Source of the DNA: Candidatus Saccharimonadota bacterium
GTDB lineage: Bacteria; Patescibacteriota; Saccharimonadia; Saccharimonadales; JACDBH01
Assembly: GCA_013694995.1 (NCBI GenBank)
Contig: JACDBH010000004.1
Span: 128,995-192,994 of the forward strand
DNA length: 64,000 nt
Direction of reading: 5' to 3'
The position numbers were made by a program, and so were the translations under genes. Below, one piece after another: positions 1 to 9,972 of this stretch; the first letter of the stretch is position 1; each line of letters opens with the position of its first letter. Under the pieces are notes generated by a model. The model was given only the letters and a program-made list of their open reading frames with translations, was not told the DNA's origin and ran no database searches.

Positions 1-1250
1 ATATTTTGTCCATCAATTGTAATTTCACCTTTATTTATATCTGAAAATCTTTGTAAAACTCGTACCAATGAAGATTTGCCTGATCCGGAATGGCCAACAA
101 GACCGACTTTTTCACCCGGTTTTATCCTTAGATTCAAGTGCTCAAATATACTGGTATCGGCATCTTTGTGTGCGAAGGTAAGATTATTGAGGTTAATCGC
201 ACCGCGGCCCATACGTAACTTTTCTGGTATTTGAGTATCACTAATTTCAGGTTCCAATGCCATAATCTTCACCATTTCAGCCGCATCGCCAATTGAACGG
301 TTATAATTCCGAAGCCCTTGGTTACTAAACTGAAACAGCTGGACGACAATGTTGGTTGTATAGCTGAGGATTAAGAATACTGTGGCTACGTCGGCGTTAA
401 AGCTAATTACACTAACTATGGCGAGTGCGAATGATGTAATCGAAATAATGCTTGATAAGCCTCCGAAGTACAGCATCTGACGTTGGTGTGCTGACATAAT
501 ATCCATAAGCTTGCTGTGCGTGTACTTTGTCACCTTCTTATAAGCAATATTTTCGAATAGTTCACTCGAGAAACTTTTTACAGCCATAATGTTCGTTAGA
601 GCATCAGCTAAGTAACCAGTTTGCTTGCTCTCTGCTCTGGCGTGTACTGCACCCTTACGTCTTACGGGCTTTGATACAAATACTGAAGTCGAAATATAAA
701 ATATAGAAAACAACACCAGGCTTACCACATAGATAGGAGCCTGCGACCAAAGGATTACACTGGCTAAAATAATGCTCGAAATCAAAGGTATAACATTAAA
801 CCAAGTAGTATCAGCTAATCTAACGTATGAACTTATGGCTTTATTGGTTTGCGAAACTAATGAACCGCTAAAACGGTTGGCATGAAAATCAGCACTTTGG
901 GATATTAGGTGGTTAAAAATAGACCTGGCAATATCTCTTTGTATCTTGCCCTCTAGCCGCCAAACCATCACGTCCACAACACGCCACATCACCAAGCTAG
1001 CAAATAAAATAACCGCAGCATACATAATAATTTCGGACCTAAAACTATCCCATGGTTGGTTTGGTATAAAATCACCGAGGCTCAAACGTCTTAGGGTATT
1101 GGCCAAGATTAACGGCGGTAGGAATTGGTTAAATAAGATTGTAAATGGCAAACAAATCACTAACCCTAACAAGGTGTAGGGGTATTCTTTAGCATATCTC
1201 CAGTAGAAGCGGATGGTAGTTAAAACCGATTTTTGAGATTTTTTTGACAT
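1..1250 (-). CDS. ABC exporter, fused permease + ATPase (MsbA/MdlB-like); C-terminal part runs off the window
   Basis: Reverse-strand reading starts at ATG 1250 (MSKKSQKSV...). Several hydrophobic segments are followed by Walker A GHSGSGKSS near nt 70-110. Absent from the ORF track because it is open at the window edge. Confidence 0.85.
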   Translation of the reverse strand, partial: MSKKSQKSVLTTIRFYWRYAKEYPYTLLGLVICLPFTILFNQFLPPLILANTLRRLSLGDFIPNQPWDSFRSEIIMYAAVILFASLVMWRVVDVMVWRLEGKIQRDIARSIFNHLISQSADFHANRFSGSLVSQTNKAISSYVRLADTTWFNVIPLISSIILASVILWSQAPIYVVSLVLFSIFYISTSVFVSKPVRRKGAVHARAESKQTGYLADALTNIMAVKSFSSELFENIAYKKVTKYTHSKLMDIMSAHQRQMLYFGGLSSIISITSFALAIVSVISFNADVATVFLILSYTTNIVVQLFQFSNQGLRNYNRSIGDAAEMVKIMALEPEISDTQIPEKLRMGRGAINLNNLTFAHKDADTSIFEHLNLRIKPGEKVGLVGHSGSGKSSLVRVLQRFSDINKGEITIDGQN

Positions 1251-1419
1251 GCTTTAGTGCCTTCCTGCATGATAAGTCTTTAAATAGAAATATACTTTTA
1301 CTATTTTAGTTTTTGTAGAACTTTTTTGCCGCCTCTTTAGTAATAAAAATGTGTTGTTAGTATAGCCTTAAACATATGCGCGTGACAACAGTTAAATTAC
1401 ATTTTATACTGGTAGTCTG

Positions 1420-2292
1420 ATGGAAAAGATTGTTCTATATTATAAATTTATACCAATTCCTGATACGGAGACAGTTTTGTATTGGCAGCATTCTTTATGT
1501 GAAAAGCTTGGGCTGAAGGGTCGCATTTTAATTAGCAACAAGGGCTTAAATGGCACTCTTGGTGGCGATATTAAGGCGTTAAAGGCTTACCGTAGGGCAA
1601 TGAACGAACATTCACTGTTCAAAGGCATCGAATATAAATGGTCCGATGGTAAAGCCGATGATTTTCCAAAACTTAGTATTAAAGTCCGTTCTGAAACCGT
1701 AACATTGGGCTGGGAACCTACGGTTAATAAGGATGGTGTTGTTGGCGGCGGCAAGCATTTAAAGCCGGAGCAAGTCCATAAATTAATTGAAGAACGTGGC
1801 GATGAGGTTGTATTTTTTGACGGACGTAATAAATACGAGGCCCAAATCGGAAAATTTAAAAATGCGGTCGTACCTAGCGTAAATACATTCAAAGAATACT
1901 TAACCGAACTGGATAAACCTGAATATGAAAAATTAAAGAAAAAACCAGTCGTTACATATTGTACAGGGGGAATACGTTGCGAAACTCTTAGCGCACTTAT
2001 GAAAGAAAAAGGCTTTGAAGAAGTTTATCAAATTGATGGTGGTATCGTAAAATACGGCAAAAAATATGCCGACGAAGGTTATTGGGAAGGCAAATTGTTT
2101 GTCTTTGATAAACGGATGAAGCTTGGATTTTCTGATCAATCCAAAGATATTGCCGAGTGCGAAATGTGCGAAAATAAAACCAGCAACCAAACCAACAGCA
2201 CAAATATTCGCCGGCGCCTGCACATAGTTTGTGAAGACTGTGCCTTAGCTAAAACTCTTAAGTTAGCTCCAGAAGTTTCTGGCACTAGTTAA
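1420..2292 (+). CDS. trhO: rhodanese-domain tRNA uridine(34) hydroxylase (UPF0176/YceA family)
   Basis: Active-site loop CTGGIRCE followed by GGI.KY and FVFD.RM, as in E. coli YceA. Cys-rich C-terminus. Confidence 0.8.
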   Translation: MEKIVLYYKFIPIPDTETVLYWQHSLCEKLGLKGRILISNKGLNGTLGGDIKALKAYRRAMNEHSLFKGIEYKWSDGKADDFPKLSIKVRSETVTLGWEPTVNKDGVVGGGKHLKPEQVHKLIEERGDEVVFFDGRNKYEAQIGKFKNAVVPSVNTFKEYLTELDKPEYEKLKKKPVVTYCTGGIRCETLSALMKEKGFEEVYQIDGGIVKYGKKYADEGYWEGKLFVFDKRMKLGFSDQSKDIAECEMCENKTSNQTNSTNIRRRLHIVCEDCALAKTLKLAPEVSGTS

Positions 2293-2447
2293 AAAGTTTT
2301 ATATATTTAGGATAGAGTGACTGGCGAACGGTTTTGGTCAGTAGCGTAAGCCACCAATTTACCGTTGCCAGCCACTCTTACCCCACAATATTTACGGCCC
2401 CAAACCTTACTTCGATAAAAACACTTCCTTTCTTAAAACCACTTGAC

Positions 2448-3245
2448 TTAGGTGGAAGAATGATCCATTTCACGGTCTTGATCGTGGTCGGCATCGACAT
2501 ATTCGTTGTCAGTGAATAGTCCTCCATGTTGTGGTGGTGCCGGCGGCGGGAGATCCCGTGTTTCAATCATTTCCGTTTCGGGCTCACCGATCGGCTTGCG
2601 CGAATCGCGTGCCATACTGCCTGATGCTTTTTGAGGCTGATTTGGCTTCGATGGTTGTTTGGACATACCGCTGGCAATCTCGGTACCCATCGTCAACATC
2701 ATCAACATCAACAGCTCTCCAAATAAGGAGATCAGGACCGTCAGCGCAAGCATGCCAACCCAGAACGGGTCAATACGGTCCAGGGGCGGTATAATTGCTC
2801 GAGGATCAAGCATAGACATGTTCAGTTGTGTCATGCCGCCTACGTCGAAGACTACGTCTGCGATGGTCGCAAGTATGGCGACAATGACTACAAGCCTAGC
2901 GTCACGTGTTCCCCTCGGGAGGTTTCCTGTCCTTTCCTTGTTCCAGAACGAAAGCTTAATTGCCGTAGCAGCCAAGCTCAACGTGAATGGTAGAAAAATC
3001 CAGAATCCGCCGCGGTTTGCTTCAGGCTGTCCGGAAAGAAATGACAGACTTAGAAAAATCGTGGACGCAAGCACACACAGCACGCCGATGAAGTACATCG
3101 ACGAGAAGAAGACAACTCCGAATCGTCGCGCCCATTTCTGAGCTCTCGGATTTATGAGCGAGAACTCATGGAACGTCGGATCAGGAACAGGCTCCTTATT
3201 CTTTTTTGCAGGACTCATGTTTTTTGCCTTTCGGCTCGGGCTCAC
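2448..3245 (-). CDS. polytopic membrane protein with Pro-rich acidic C-terminus, unknown function
   Basis: 265-aa ORF with 4-5 hydrophobic helices. I recognise no motif. Confidence 0.5.
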   Translation of the reverse strand: MSPSRKAKNMSPAKKNKEPVPDPTFHEFSLINPRAQKWARRFGVVFFSSMYFIGVLCVLASTIFLSLSFLSGQPEANRGGFWIFLPFTLSLAATAIKLSFWNKERTGNLPRGTRDARLVVIVAILATIADVVFDVGGMTQLNMSMLDPRAIIPPLDRIDPFWVGMLALTVLISLFGELLMLMMLTMGTEIASGMSKQPSKPNQPQKASGSMARDSRKPIGEPETEMIETRDLPPPAPPQHGGLFTDNEYVDADHDQDREMDHSST

Positions 3246-3406
3246 CAGGGTGAGGCATTTGTGGGGTACGTCTCGAACTACCAGTAAAGGTGCTGAGATT
3301 TAAAAATAGTAACAACACACTTATATGCAAGTCAACAGAACAATATTTATGTCAAGCCATTAATCTGTAAATAAAGCATAAGCATATTGACAAATACACA
3401 AAAAGC

Positions 3407-3435
3407 TTGACAAGCATCACGATTAGATGATTAAT
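3407..3435 (+). promoter_or_regulatory. sigma70-like promoter TTGACA-17-ATTAAT for the 3637-11361 operon
   Basis: TTGACA at 3407-3412, 17-nt spacer, ATTAAT at 3430-3435, inside an AT-rich 390-bp intergenic region. Confidence 0.4.
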
Positions 3436-3636
3436 TAAATGTGACGTAACTTTTTAATTTAAGTTACGCCTGTAACCGTAATTTCGAAAGACCTCAATCT
3501 TTCGTCCTGGGGAATATGAATGGACGGGTTGGTGGTGGGCTATACGATTCGCAGGCTAATGGAAATATGTCTATCTTCGAAGACAATTTCACTTAATCTT
3601 ATCCACTTCATGCCTCCTCAAAAAGGAGAATAATGC

Positions 3637-4968
3637 ATGATCTATCAACCTATAGTCGTAACACCTGAAGGCCTAGTGATGGTGCCAGAAAATGTCATGC
3701 GCCGGCCCGAAGATGATTTTATCGAACAAGTAGCAGACAGAATACGACAAGTGGGCTCGACGGCGGGTGAATTTATCAATAATCAAGCAAAACCGCGTTC
3801 GGGATTTCTAGCACGTTTCGGACTGGCAACCGTGTTGACGGTCGGAGCGATAGGTACGGAATCGTTCGATGCAAATCAGACATCAGTATTAGAAAAAAGA
3901 AAAGACAAGACTGAACAGACGATTCGTTTCAAAGGGCCGCGCAGCAAGTTGCCATACGTAGCAGCAGGTGGTGTGGCAGCCGGAGTGTATGCCATCGGCG
4001 GCATATTTAGCAAATGGCCCTTCCCATGGAAAATCAACGTACCTAGCCTTCCTGCCATAAATGAGAAAAGCCCGCCGGAAGTCGTCGTCGGTATAGACCC
4101 GGAATCGTATGAAATTGAAGATGAATTCGAACTGTATTGTAATTCGCGTATTTCCGTAGCGGTCGGAGTCAAGGGACGCCAGCATAATTCGATCCTCGGT
4201 GATGGAACGTTAAATGATAAAAAATTCGGTGATTTCTTATTGTGTGCCGACAATGGAAAGCTGCGGTTTAGAATCACACCGGAATTCGATGAATATGGAA
4301 ATGTTATCAGTGTCAGTGGCGTACTACCGCCATTACTTGTTACTCAACCACGAGTTGATCATGAAGATGTCCGAAATTGCATCGACGCCAAAAGTGACAC
4401 ATCCATGGAAAAGATCCAAGAACTAGTCGCCAAGCGTAAGGCGGAAATAGCTGAGGGCAAACATCCTAAATGTGATAATGGCTTCGATGTAGATGGTTTC
4501 CTGCCTGCTCCAGACGAATCCTCAACAATCATCGACCTTTCTTATACGGCAGCTCAAATTGCAATCGCACTGGATGCCAACCCGAATATTCCTGTCTATC
4601 CTACTGAGAGTACAGTAGATGCTTCTACCGTAGCCGAACGTGAAGGCGGTGAAACGTTAACGATCATTGAGAGAGAATACGCACGGTACGAAAAAAAGGT
4701 GCGGGATGAGCTCATGTTCTATTATCAGCTTCCTGCCAATATGATCCATCTTACCCGGACCGATTTGAAAGAAACGCTTGAAACTCGGACTGCCAAAGTT
4801 TACGAAGAAATCAAATCAGAAGGCTTGTTCACCAAGTTCGAATTGAGCGAAGACGGTTCACAGCTTGTCATGTGGGGGCCGGATGACTCCAAGGTAACTG
4901 TCAATTACACGAATGAGATTGTTGTTGAAGATATCGTCGAACCAAGTGTAGAGCACGTAGGAAATTAG
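3637..4968 (+). CDS. membrane protein (2 TM helices), unknown function; first gene of the envelope operon
   Basis: AGGAG 8 nt upstream of the ATG. TM segments FLARFGLATVLTVGAIG and YVAAGGVAAGVYAIGGIF. No known motif. Confidence 0.6.
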   Translation: MIYQPIVVTPEGLVMVPENVMRRPEDDFIEQVADRIRQVGSTAGEFINNQAKPRSGFLARFGLATVLTVGAIGTESFDANQTSVLEKRKDKTEQTIRFKGPRSKLPYVAAGGVAAGVYAIGGIFSKWPFPWKINVPSLPAINEKSPPEVVVGIDPESYEIEDEFELYCNSRISVAVGVKGRQHNSILGDGTLNDKKFGDFLLCADNGKLRFRITPEFDEYGNVISVSGVLPPLLVTQPRVDHEDVRNCIDAKSDTSMEKIQELVAKRKAEIAEGKHPKCDNGFDVDGFLPAPDESSTIIDLSYTAAQIAIALDANPNIPVYPTESTVDASTVAEREGGETLTIIEREYARYEKKVRDELMFYYQLPANMIHLTRTDLKETLETRTAKVYEEIKSEGLFTKFELSEDGSQLVMWGPDDSKVTVNYTNEIVVEDIVEPSVEHVGN

Positions 4969-4975
4969 GATTTTT

Positions 4976-5593
4976 ATGGACAAAAGAACGGAATATTACG
5001 AACCAAGACCGAAAGCACCGATCAAGGCATGGCATGTCGGCGCGGTAGTCACAGGATTAGTAGCATGGGGCTCCGCGACACATGCCAAGAATTTGTGGAA
5101 TATCGAAAAGAAGGAAGCAGCCAATGGCGTATCGTATTGGGCGCTCTCAGGTCCTTCGGCACCGAACGATGACGTTCGGCAACATGCGGTGATGCCGTCC
5201 GAGCTGCAGTTGTTCTTACGTACTAGCGCGTCAACCGAGCCCATGTGCGCCGATAACGAAGCTGGCAGCATCGAAGTAAAAGATAATGACAACAAAGAAC
5301 AATATAAAGTCTGCATTGACGCAGGTACGATAACCATAGATAAGAGTAATCCTACTCGCATCACCGCCGGCGTGCGCTTAGACCCAGTCCCCGAAGATCA
5401 GGAAGAAGCTCCGGTACTTTTGAAAACCTTTGAAACGTTCGTTGACCAATGCTATTCGGCAAAAGCTGGTATCACTGAAAGCTTTGACCAGGCACTGTCG
5501 GAAGAGTACGGTGAAGCGTTTGCTGGTCAGTTCGACCTAACAATCAGTATCGGCCGTAATGTCCGCCAGGATCCCTGTGGAGAAGAGTCATGA
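4976..5593 (+). CDS. single-pass membrane protein, unknown function
   Basis: 8-nt gap to the upstream gene. TM segment WHVGAVVTGLVAWGSA. Confidence 0.55.
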   Translation: MDKRTEYYEPRPKAPIKAWHVGAVVTGLVAWGSATHAKNLWNIEKKEAANGVSYWALSGPSAPNDDVRQHAVMPSELQLFLRTSASTEPMCADNEAGSIEVKDNDNKEQYKVCIDAGTITIDKSNPTRITAGVRLDPVPEDQEEAPVLLKTFETFVDQCYSAKAGITESFDQALSEEYGEAFAGQFDLTISIGRNVRQDPCGEES

Positions 5594-6474
5594 GTATGCG
5601 TAGCAACACCATAAAGAGCGGCAGACAGGAACGGTTCGACCGCGCCGGCCGTAGAAATATGAAAGGTGCCGACAAGATCGAAATTTTCCCCGGCCCTTTG
5701 GAACAATATGATAGCGAGAAAATAGCGTGGTCATTACCGCGACCTGAAACCTCACTGGAACCAGCGCCACGCGAGGACCGTGACCGTCGGATTAGCGGGA
5801 TAGGTAAGTTAGGTCTTGTACTGAGTGTATCTGCCGCAGTATTTAACATGCTGCCAGAATTCAAAAGCGGCAACGAAGCGGTCAAGCCGATACCAGTTTT
5901 AATACCGGAAGGCGGAACATTGCCAGTATCGGTCGGAGTTGTACCGCAAACCGGAAGTACAGCATCGGAACCCTCACCATCTAACCCGAGTATGCAGGGT
6001 AGCGAGTTCGGGATTTCTGATGTGCAAACGGCCGAAGTTTTTGATTCAACCGCTGCCGGCAGCGAAGGCTGTTTCCTAGTAGCAAAACATCTCGGACGAT
6101 CCACGTTCAAAGCGGAATTCGACATCTGCTTCGTCGACGCGGGTGAAACTGTCCAACAGAATAACTTCTTTGGAAGTGCAAAGCTGGAAAAAGTTTATGT
6201 AAGCTTCGAGAATCCCCAGACCCATAACCCGATTCCGCTACAGCTCCTTGACCACTACCAAACCGCAAGTAATGGAGAACCGCAAACCATCCAGCTCCAA
6301 TACGCATTCGACCAAGCGGTTGAAGCCGGCTACGTTACTGAAGGTAAATCGGCCTTGTACTATCGTGGTGACGACGTACCAAGCCCGATCAGTAGCGGAG
6401 AGATGCCGTACACGATCTTAGAACAGGAGATTATATTGGAAAGTGAAAACACAGGGGACATAACTAATGGTTGA
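5590..6474 (+). CDS. single-pass membrane protein, unknown function
   Basis: ATGA start/stop overlap with the upstream gene. TM segment GKLGLVLSVSAAVFNMLP. Confidence 0.55.
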   Translation: MSMRSNTIKSGRQERFDRAGRRNMKGADKIEIFPGPLEQYDSEKIAWSLPRPETSLEPAPREDRDRRISGIGKLGLVLSVSAAVFNMLPEFKSGNEAVKPIPVLIPEGGTLPVSVGVVPQTGSTASEPSPSNPSMQGSEFGISDVQTAEVFDSTAAGSEGCFLVAKHLGRSTFKAEFDICFVDAGETVQQNNFFGSAKLEKVYVSFENPQTHNPIPLQLLDHYQTASNGEPQTIQLQYAFDQAVEAGYVTEGKSALYYRGDDVPSPISSGEMPYTILEQEIILESENTGDITNG

Positions 6475-6486
6475 GGGAGTTAAAAA

Positions 6487-9400
6487 ATGTCTATAACAAA
6501 TGAACTTATCGGGCTGTACGGAGAAATTCCGCTTCAACATATAGCTGAGCCCCGATCAGATATTGATGATAAAAAAGCCGATTCATTAGTTGAGGAACTC
6601 CGTAAGCTTTATGGTGTGGATCTTCCGATTATTCGAATAGATGAAACATGTATTCCTGCCAATACAAACAGCCATTTGTTAATCAATTCACCGCATAAAT
6701 ATGAACCGTTATTAATAACCGGACAGGCCGAACTGGGTGAAAGAGTACCAGTAAGTCTCTTTTTACCTGGCAGGGCAAAGCAAGCTATTAAATATCTTGG
6801 TATAGCTGCTGGTGTTTCCGCACTTGTAGGTATTAGTGGTGGAGACCGGGCGCATGCCCATGAAGCGCCAGAAGAAGATCTGGATACCCCAAACGGGGTA
6901 GTTATTGGTAAAAACCAAACTTTATATTCCGAGCTCAGGAAATTTTATACTCATGAAGAAGTAGAACATGAACTAAGTAAGCGTAATATTACACTCGAGC
7001 AAGCCAATTCATTAAAGTTAACAGTTGGTTTCGCATGGGAAGTGCACCCGGATACAGTTGCTGAGCGGGATGCACGACTAGGGGGCAATACATCATCGTT
7101 CTTACTGGACAGTGGCGAGGATATAGTTAAGGAATTCCGGGACAGGGGGAATACTAGCATTGATGATGTTAAAAAAACCCTTCAGCATAATGGATGGTCC
7201 AACGATGTAAATAACTTACTAGCCGGTACTAATGTAAATGTACCTGCAGGGGTAATTCTCGGACCAGAACATACCCAACAAGTTCCCGTTGTGCTAGCTA
7301 CCCCGGCAGCAGAAATTCCAGTGGCTCCGGAACCCGCTAGAGCACCTTTAGCAGAAATGCCCGCACCAGAAACAACCGTGCTGCACCTGCAGGGGCCTAA
7401 TATTATCACTGATCTAACTAACTTGGACGTTACTGATCCTTACCAGGCAGGCATGGAAGCAGTATGGATAAGTAAAATAGATCCTACCAAAATGCAAAAA
7501 GGCGACGCCTATACCGTGCTTGCAAAAAGGCTACCGGCACCACCTGCTGGCCCACTTGAGTCAGAAATTAAGCCTGAACCTGAATTTATCACTTTGCCAC
7601 CAGGTGGATCAATTATAAGTGTACTCACATCGCTTGGCATACCTAATCCTGTACTCGTAGCTAACAGGATTAGAGCATTCAACGACAATATGACACTTGA
7701 AGAAGCCAGAAAAATTTTGCCTGGTGAGCCAATTGCTGTGCCACCAGGCATGTTGTTGCACTCCCATGAATCTCCTATTACAGAGCCTGTAAATATCATA
7801 CTTCCAAATGTACCCATAGAAGCACCGACGGATAGCCAATCAGAAGTCAATAGTTTGATTTCTACGCCTGTGCCGGGTATTGCTATAGGGGATTCTTTGA
7901 CTAAAGGTATGGCCAGTTTAGGCGACCTTGATGCAAAAGGTGCTGCAAATGGCTTAGAAATCGACAGCAGTAATGCCGTTAGTGGACGCTCATTGATAGA
8001 GGCGTTAAAAGGTCCAATTGATTTTGATCATCTACTATCTCAAAAATTTGTTGTGTTAGCGTTAGGCACTAATGCTTTAGAAAGTGATGCAGTTTATGCC
8101 GATACTATTCGTAGCTGGAATGGCGCCCTGAAAGCAGAAGCCGCTATTCGCGGGGTAGATATGCCGGCTATTTTCCTAGTTACATTGGTAGAAATTGAGG
8201 ACGGCGAGAACCGAGTTCCGGACGAAACCCGTAATGGTGTCATACATGACCTGAAAGATGAATTAGGACTCCATAGCATCGAGTGGGCAGATTATGTTGC
8301 AGCGCACCCTGAGATTTACGCATCTGGCGGTTTCCACCCAAGCGACTACGGGGCTATGTCAGATTTTGTAGTAAATGAAATAGCCCATCAGCTCGCTCCA
8401 GTAATGCCTGATACTCCAGGGGAAGTCGTGCCTACTGAAGAGAGTCAATCAGAAGTTGCACATCCTGCGGAAGTAGTTGCCCCGGCGGAACCTATTGTAG
8501 AAACGACTGAACTGCCTGAAGCCATTGTTGAGCCAGCGCTAGTCAATATATTAGAAGAATTAAGGGCTCATTACGGGGAAGGGTCGATTGATATAGCTAA
8601 ACTTGGCGCATTTGTAGAAACCCATTTTGCGCATCCGGCTCCAGCTCAAGGCATTAGCGAAGAGGCTGTAGGGCACCTATATCATCTACCAGAACGCCAG
8701 GAAGGCTTTGATTATGTAACCCATCCGCTGACTTGTATTAACGAAACCCTAGCCACAGCGCCACTATTAGCAGTAATAATTGCCATGCAAGATTATGCAC
8801 GACTGCTGACTATGTATGATGACCGTTTTAAGCAATTTTATGGATTTGAGTATGAGATTGGTGATGCGTCTTCCGGACACCATAATTCTCATGACAATGC
8901 GACGGCCGTGGATTTGCGTTCACGCTATGATGGGGTGGGTCCACTAATCAATCCACAAGGTCCATTATTTGCATCAGGCGCACCTAATTTTTACGCGGAA
9001 TTTACAGCCGAAATCATGCAGTTCGGACTGAACCTAACCTATAATGGAGATAAACTTATAGATCGAATCGAAATTACTTCGAAAGATATAGAAAAAGCTC
9101 TAACAGGTAATAACAAAAAAGGTGACGATGTATCTTACCAGCCTGGACATGCGGATCATATACATCTTGAGCTGGAAAAGCGCTATGGTATTAAAGTAAA
9201 CCCAAACTACAAAGCTTTGTCCTGTGCAGATCCATCAACTGGCGGTACAACTGCTACGCTTTACCCTGTGTCTCCACCGGCGCCAGTAGCCATTGAAGAA
9301 GTAATAATTGAGCCTGTAGCGGAGCAAGTCGCAGAAATTGTCGAAGAAATTCTAGAAGTTGTTGAGCCATCGATAGATATTCCACAAGAGGAAGTCAAAG

Positions 9401-9963
9401 AGCCAGAAGTAATTCCCCCTACAATTACAGAAGTAATTGAGCATGCCCGACAACTTACTCCCGAAGAATATATTAATATCTACAACGGCGGAGAATCGTG
9501 GACAGTAACTTACCGTGATGGCTCTACTGCCCAGGCTTCCCCGGAAGCTCAGAAATGGGTTGATTTTGTCTGGCGGGTCAAACACGGTGCATCGCCTGCG
9601 GTAGTTCAGAAAGCACTTACCGTTACGGGTGCCGAGTCAGGGTTTAAAAACAATATTAAGAATAAGAAAACACAAGATTCATGTCTATTTCAAGTTAACC
9701 CAGTAAATAAGAAATTTACAGAGTCTCTCGGGTATGATTACGACACATTACATTTAAATCCTGAAGCCTGCGCTGAAGTAGCTTATGCATTGTACGAACA
9801 ATCCATTGGCAAAGATTATGATGCTGAAACTATTAACTACTGGATAAATAATTACGGGCTCAATCTACCCGAGAATATGTATGATCTTTTAACATCGGGA
9901 AAAGCAATATCAGAAGGTTTCTTCCCATGGTTGATGAGCTCATCAAAAACAGGGCTTATCTAA
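6487..9963 (+). CDS. membrane-anchored multidomain cell-wall hydrolase (SGNH/GDSL + LAS-type Zn peptidase + SLT lytic transglycosylase motifs)
   Basis: TM segment AIKYLGIAAGVSALVGISGG. GDSL block IAIGDSLTKG (~nt 7880-7900). H-x6-D (HDNATAVD, ~8890-8915) plus HADHIHLE (~9148-9171). The SLT-like motifs are GAESGF...CLFQVNP...AYALY (~9630-9800). Confidence 0.7.
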   Translation: MSITNELIGLYGEIPLQHIAEPRSDIDDKKADSLVEELRKLYGVDLPIIRIDETCIPANTNSHLLINSPHKYEPLLITGQAELGERVPVSLFLPGRAKQAIKYLGIAAGVSALVGISGGDRAHAHEAPEEDLDTPNGVVIGKNQTLYSELRKFYTHEEVEHELSKRNITLEQANSLKLTVGFAWEVHPDTVAERDARLGGNTSSFLLDSGEDIVKEFRDRGNTSIDDVKKTLQHNGWSNDVNNLLAGTNVNVPAGVILGPEHTQQVPVVLATPAAEIPVAPEPARAPLAEMPAPETTVLHLQGPNIITDLTNLDVTDPYQAGMEAVWISKIDPTKMQKGDAYTVLAKRLPAPPAGPLESEIKPEPEFITLPPGGSIISVLTSLGIPNPVLVANRIRAFNDNMTLEEARKILPGEPIAVPPGMLLHSHESPITEPVNIILPNVPIEAPTDSQSEVNSLISTPVPGIAIGDSLTKGMASLGDLDAKGAANGLEIDSSNAVSGRSLIEALKGPIDFDHLLSQKFVVLALGTNALESDAVYADTIRSWNGALKAEAAIRGVDMPAIFLVTLVEIEDGENRVPDETRNGVIHDLKDELGLHSIEWADYVAAHPEIYASGGFHPSDYGAMSDFVVNEIAHQLAPVMPDTPGEVVPTEESQSEVAHPAEVVAPAEPIVETTELPEAIVEPALVNILEELRAHYGEGSIDIAKLGAFVETHFAHPAPAQGISEEAVGHLYHLPERQEGFDYVTHPLTCINETLATAPLLAVIIAMQDYARLLTMYDDRFKQFYGFEYEIGDASSGHHNSHDNATAVDLRSRYDGVGPLINPQGPLFASGAPNFYAEFTAEIMQFGLNLTYNGDKLIDRIEITSKDIEKALTGNNKKGDDVSYQPGHADHIHLELEKRYGIKVNPNYKALSCADPSTGGTTATLYPVSPPAPVAIEEVIIEPVAEQVAEIVEEILEVVEPSIDIPQEEVKEPEVIPPTITEVIEHARQLTPEEYINIYNGGESWTVTYRDGSTAQASPEAQKWVDFVWRVKHGASPAVVQKALTVTGAESGFKNNIKNKKTQDSCLFQVNPVNKKFTESLGYDYDTLHLNPEACAEVAYALYEQSIGKDYDAETINYWINNYGLNLPENMYDLLTSGKAISEGFFPWLMSSSKTGLI

Positions 9964-9972
9964 GGAAACAAT

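Noticed and set aside
946-1179. Track ORF 946-1179 (+), 77 aa
   Set aside because: It is antisense to the ABC exporter permease domain, which is continuous from 1250 to the window edge.
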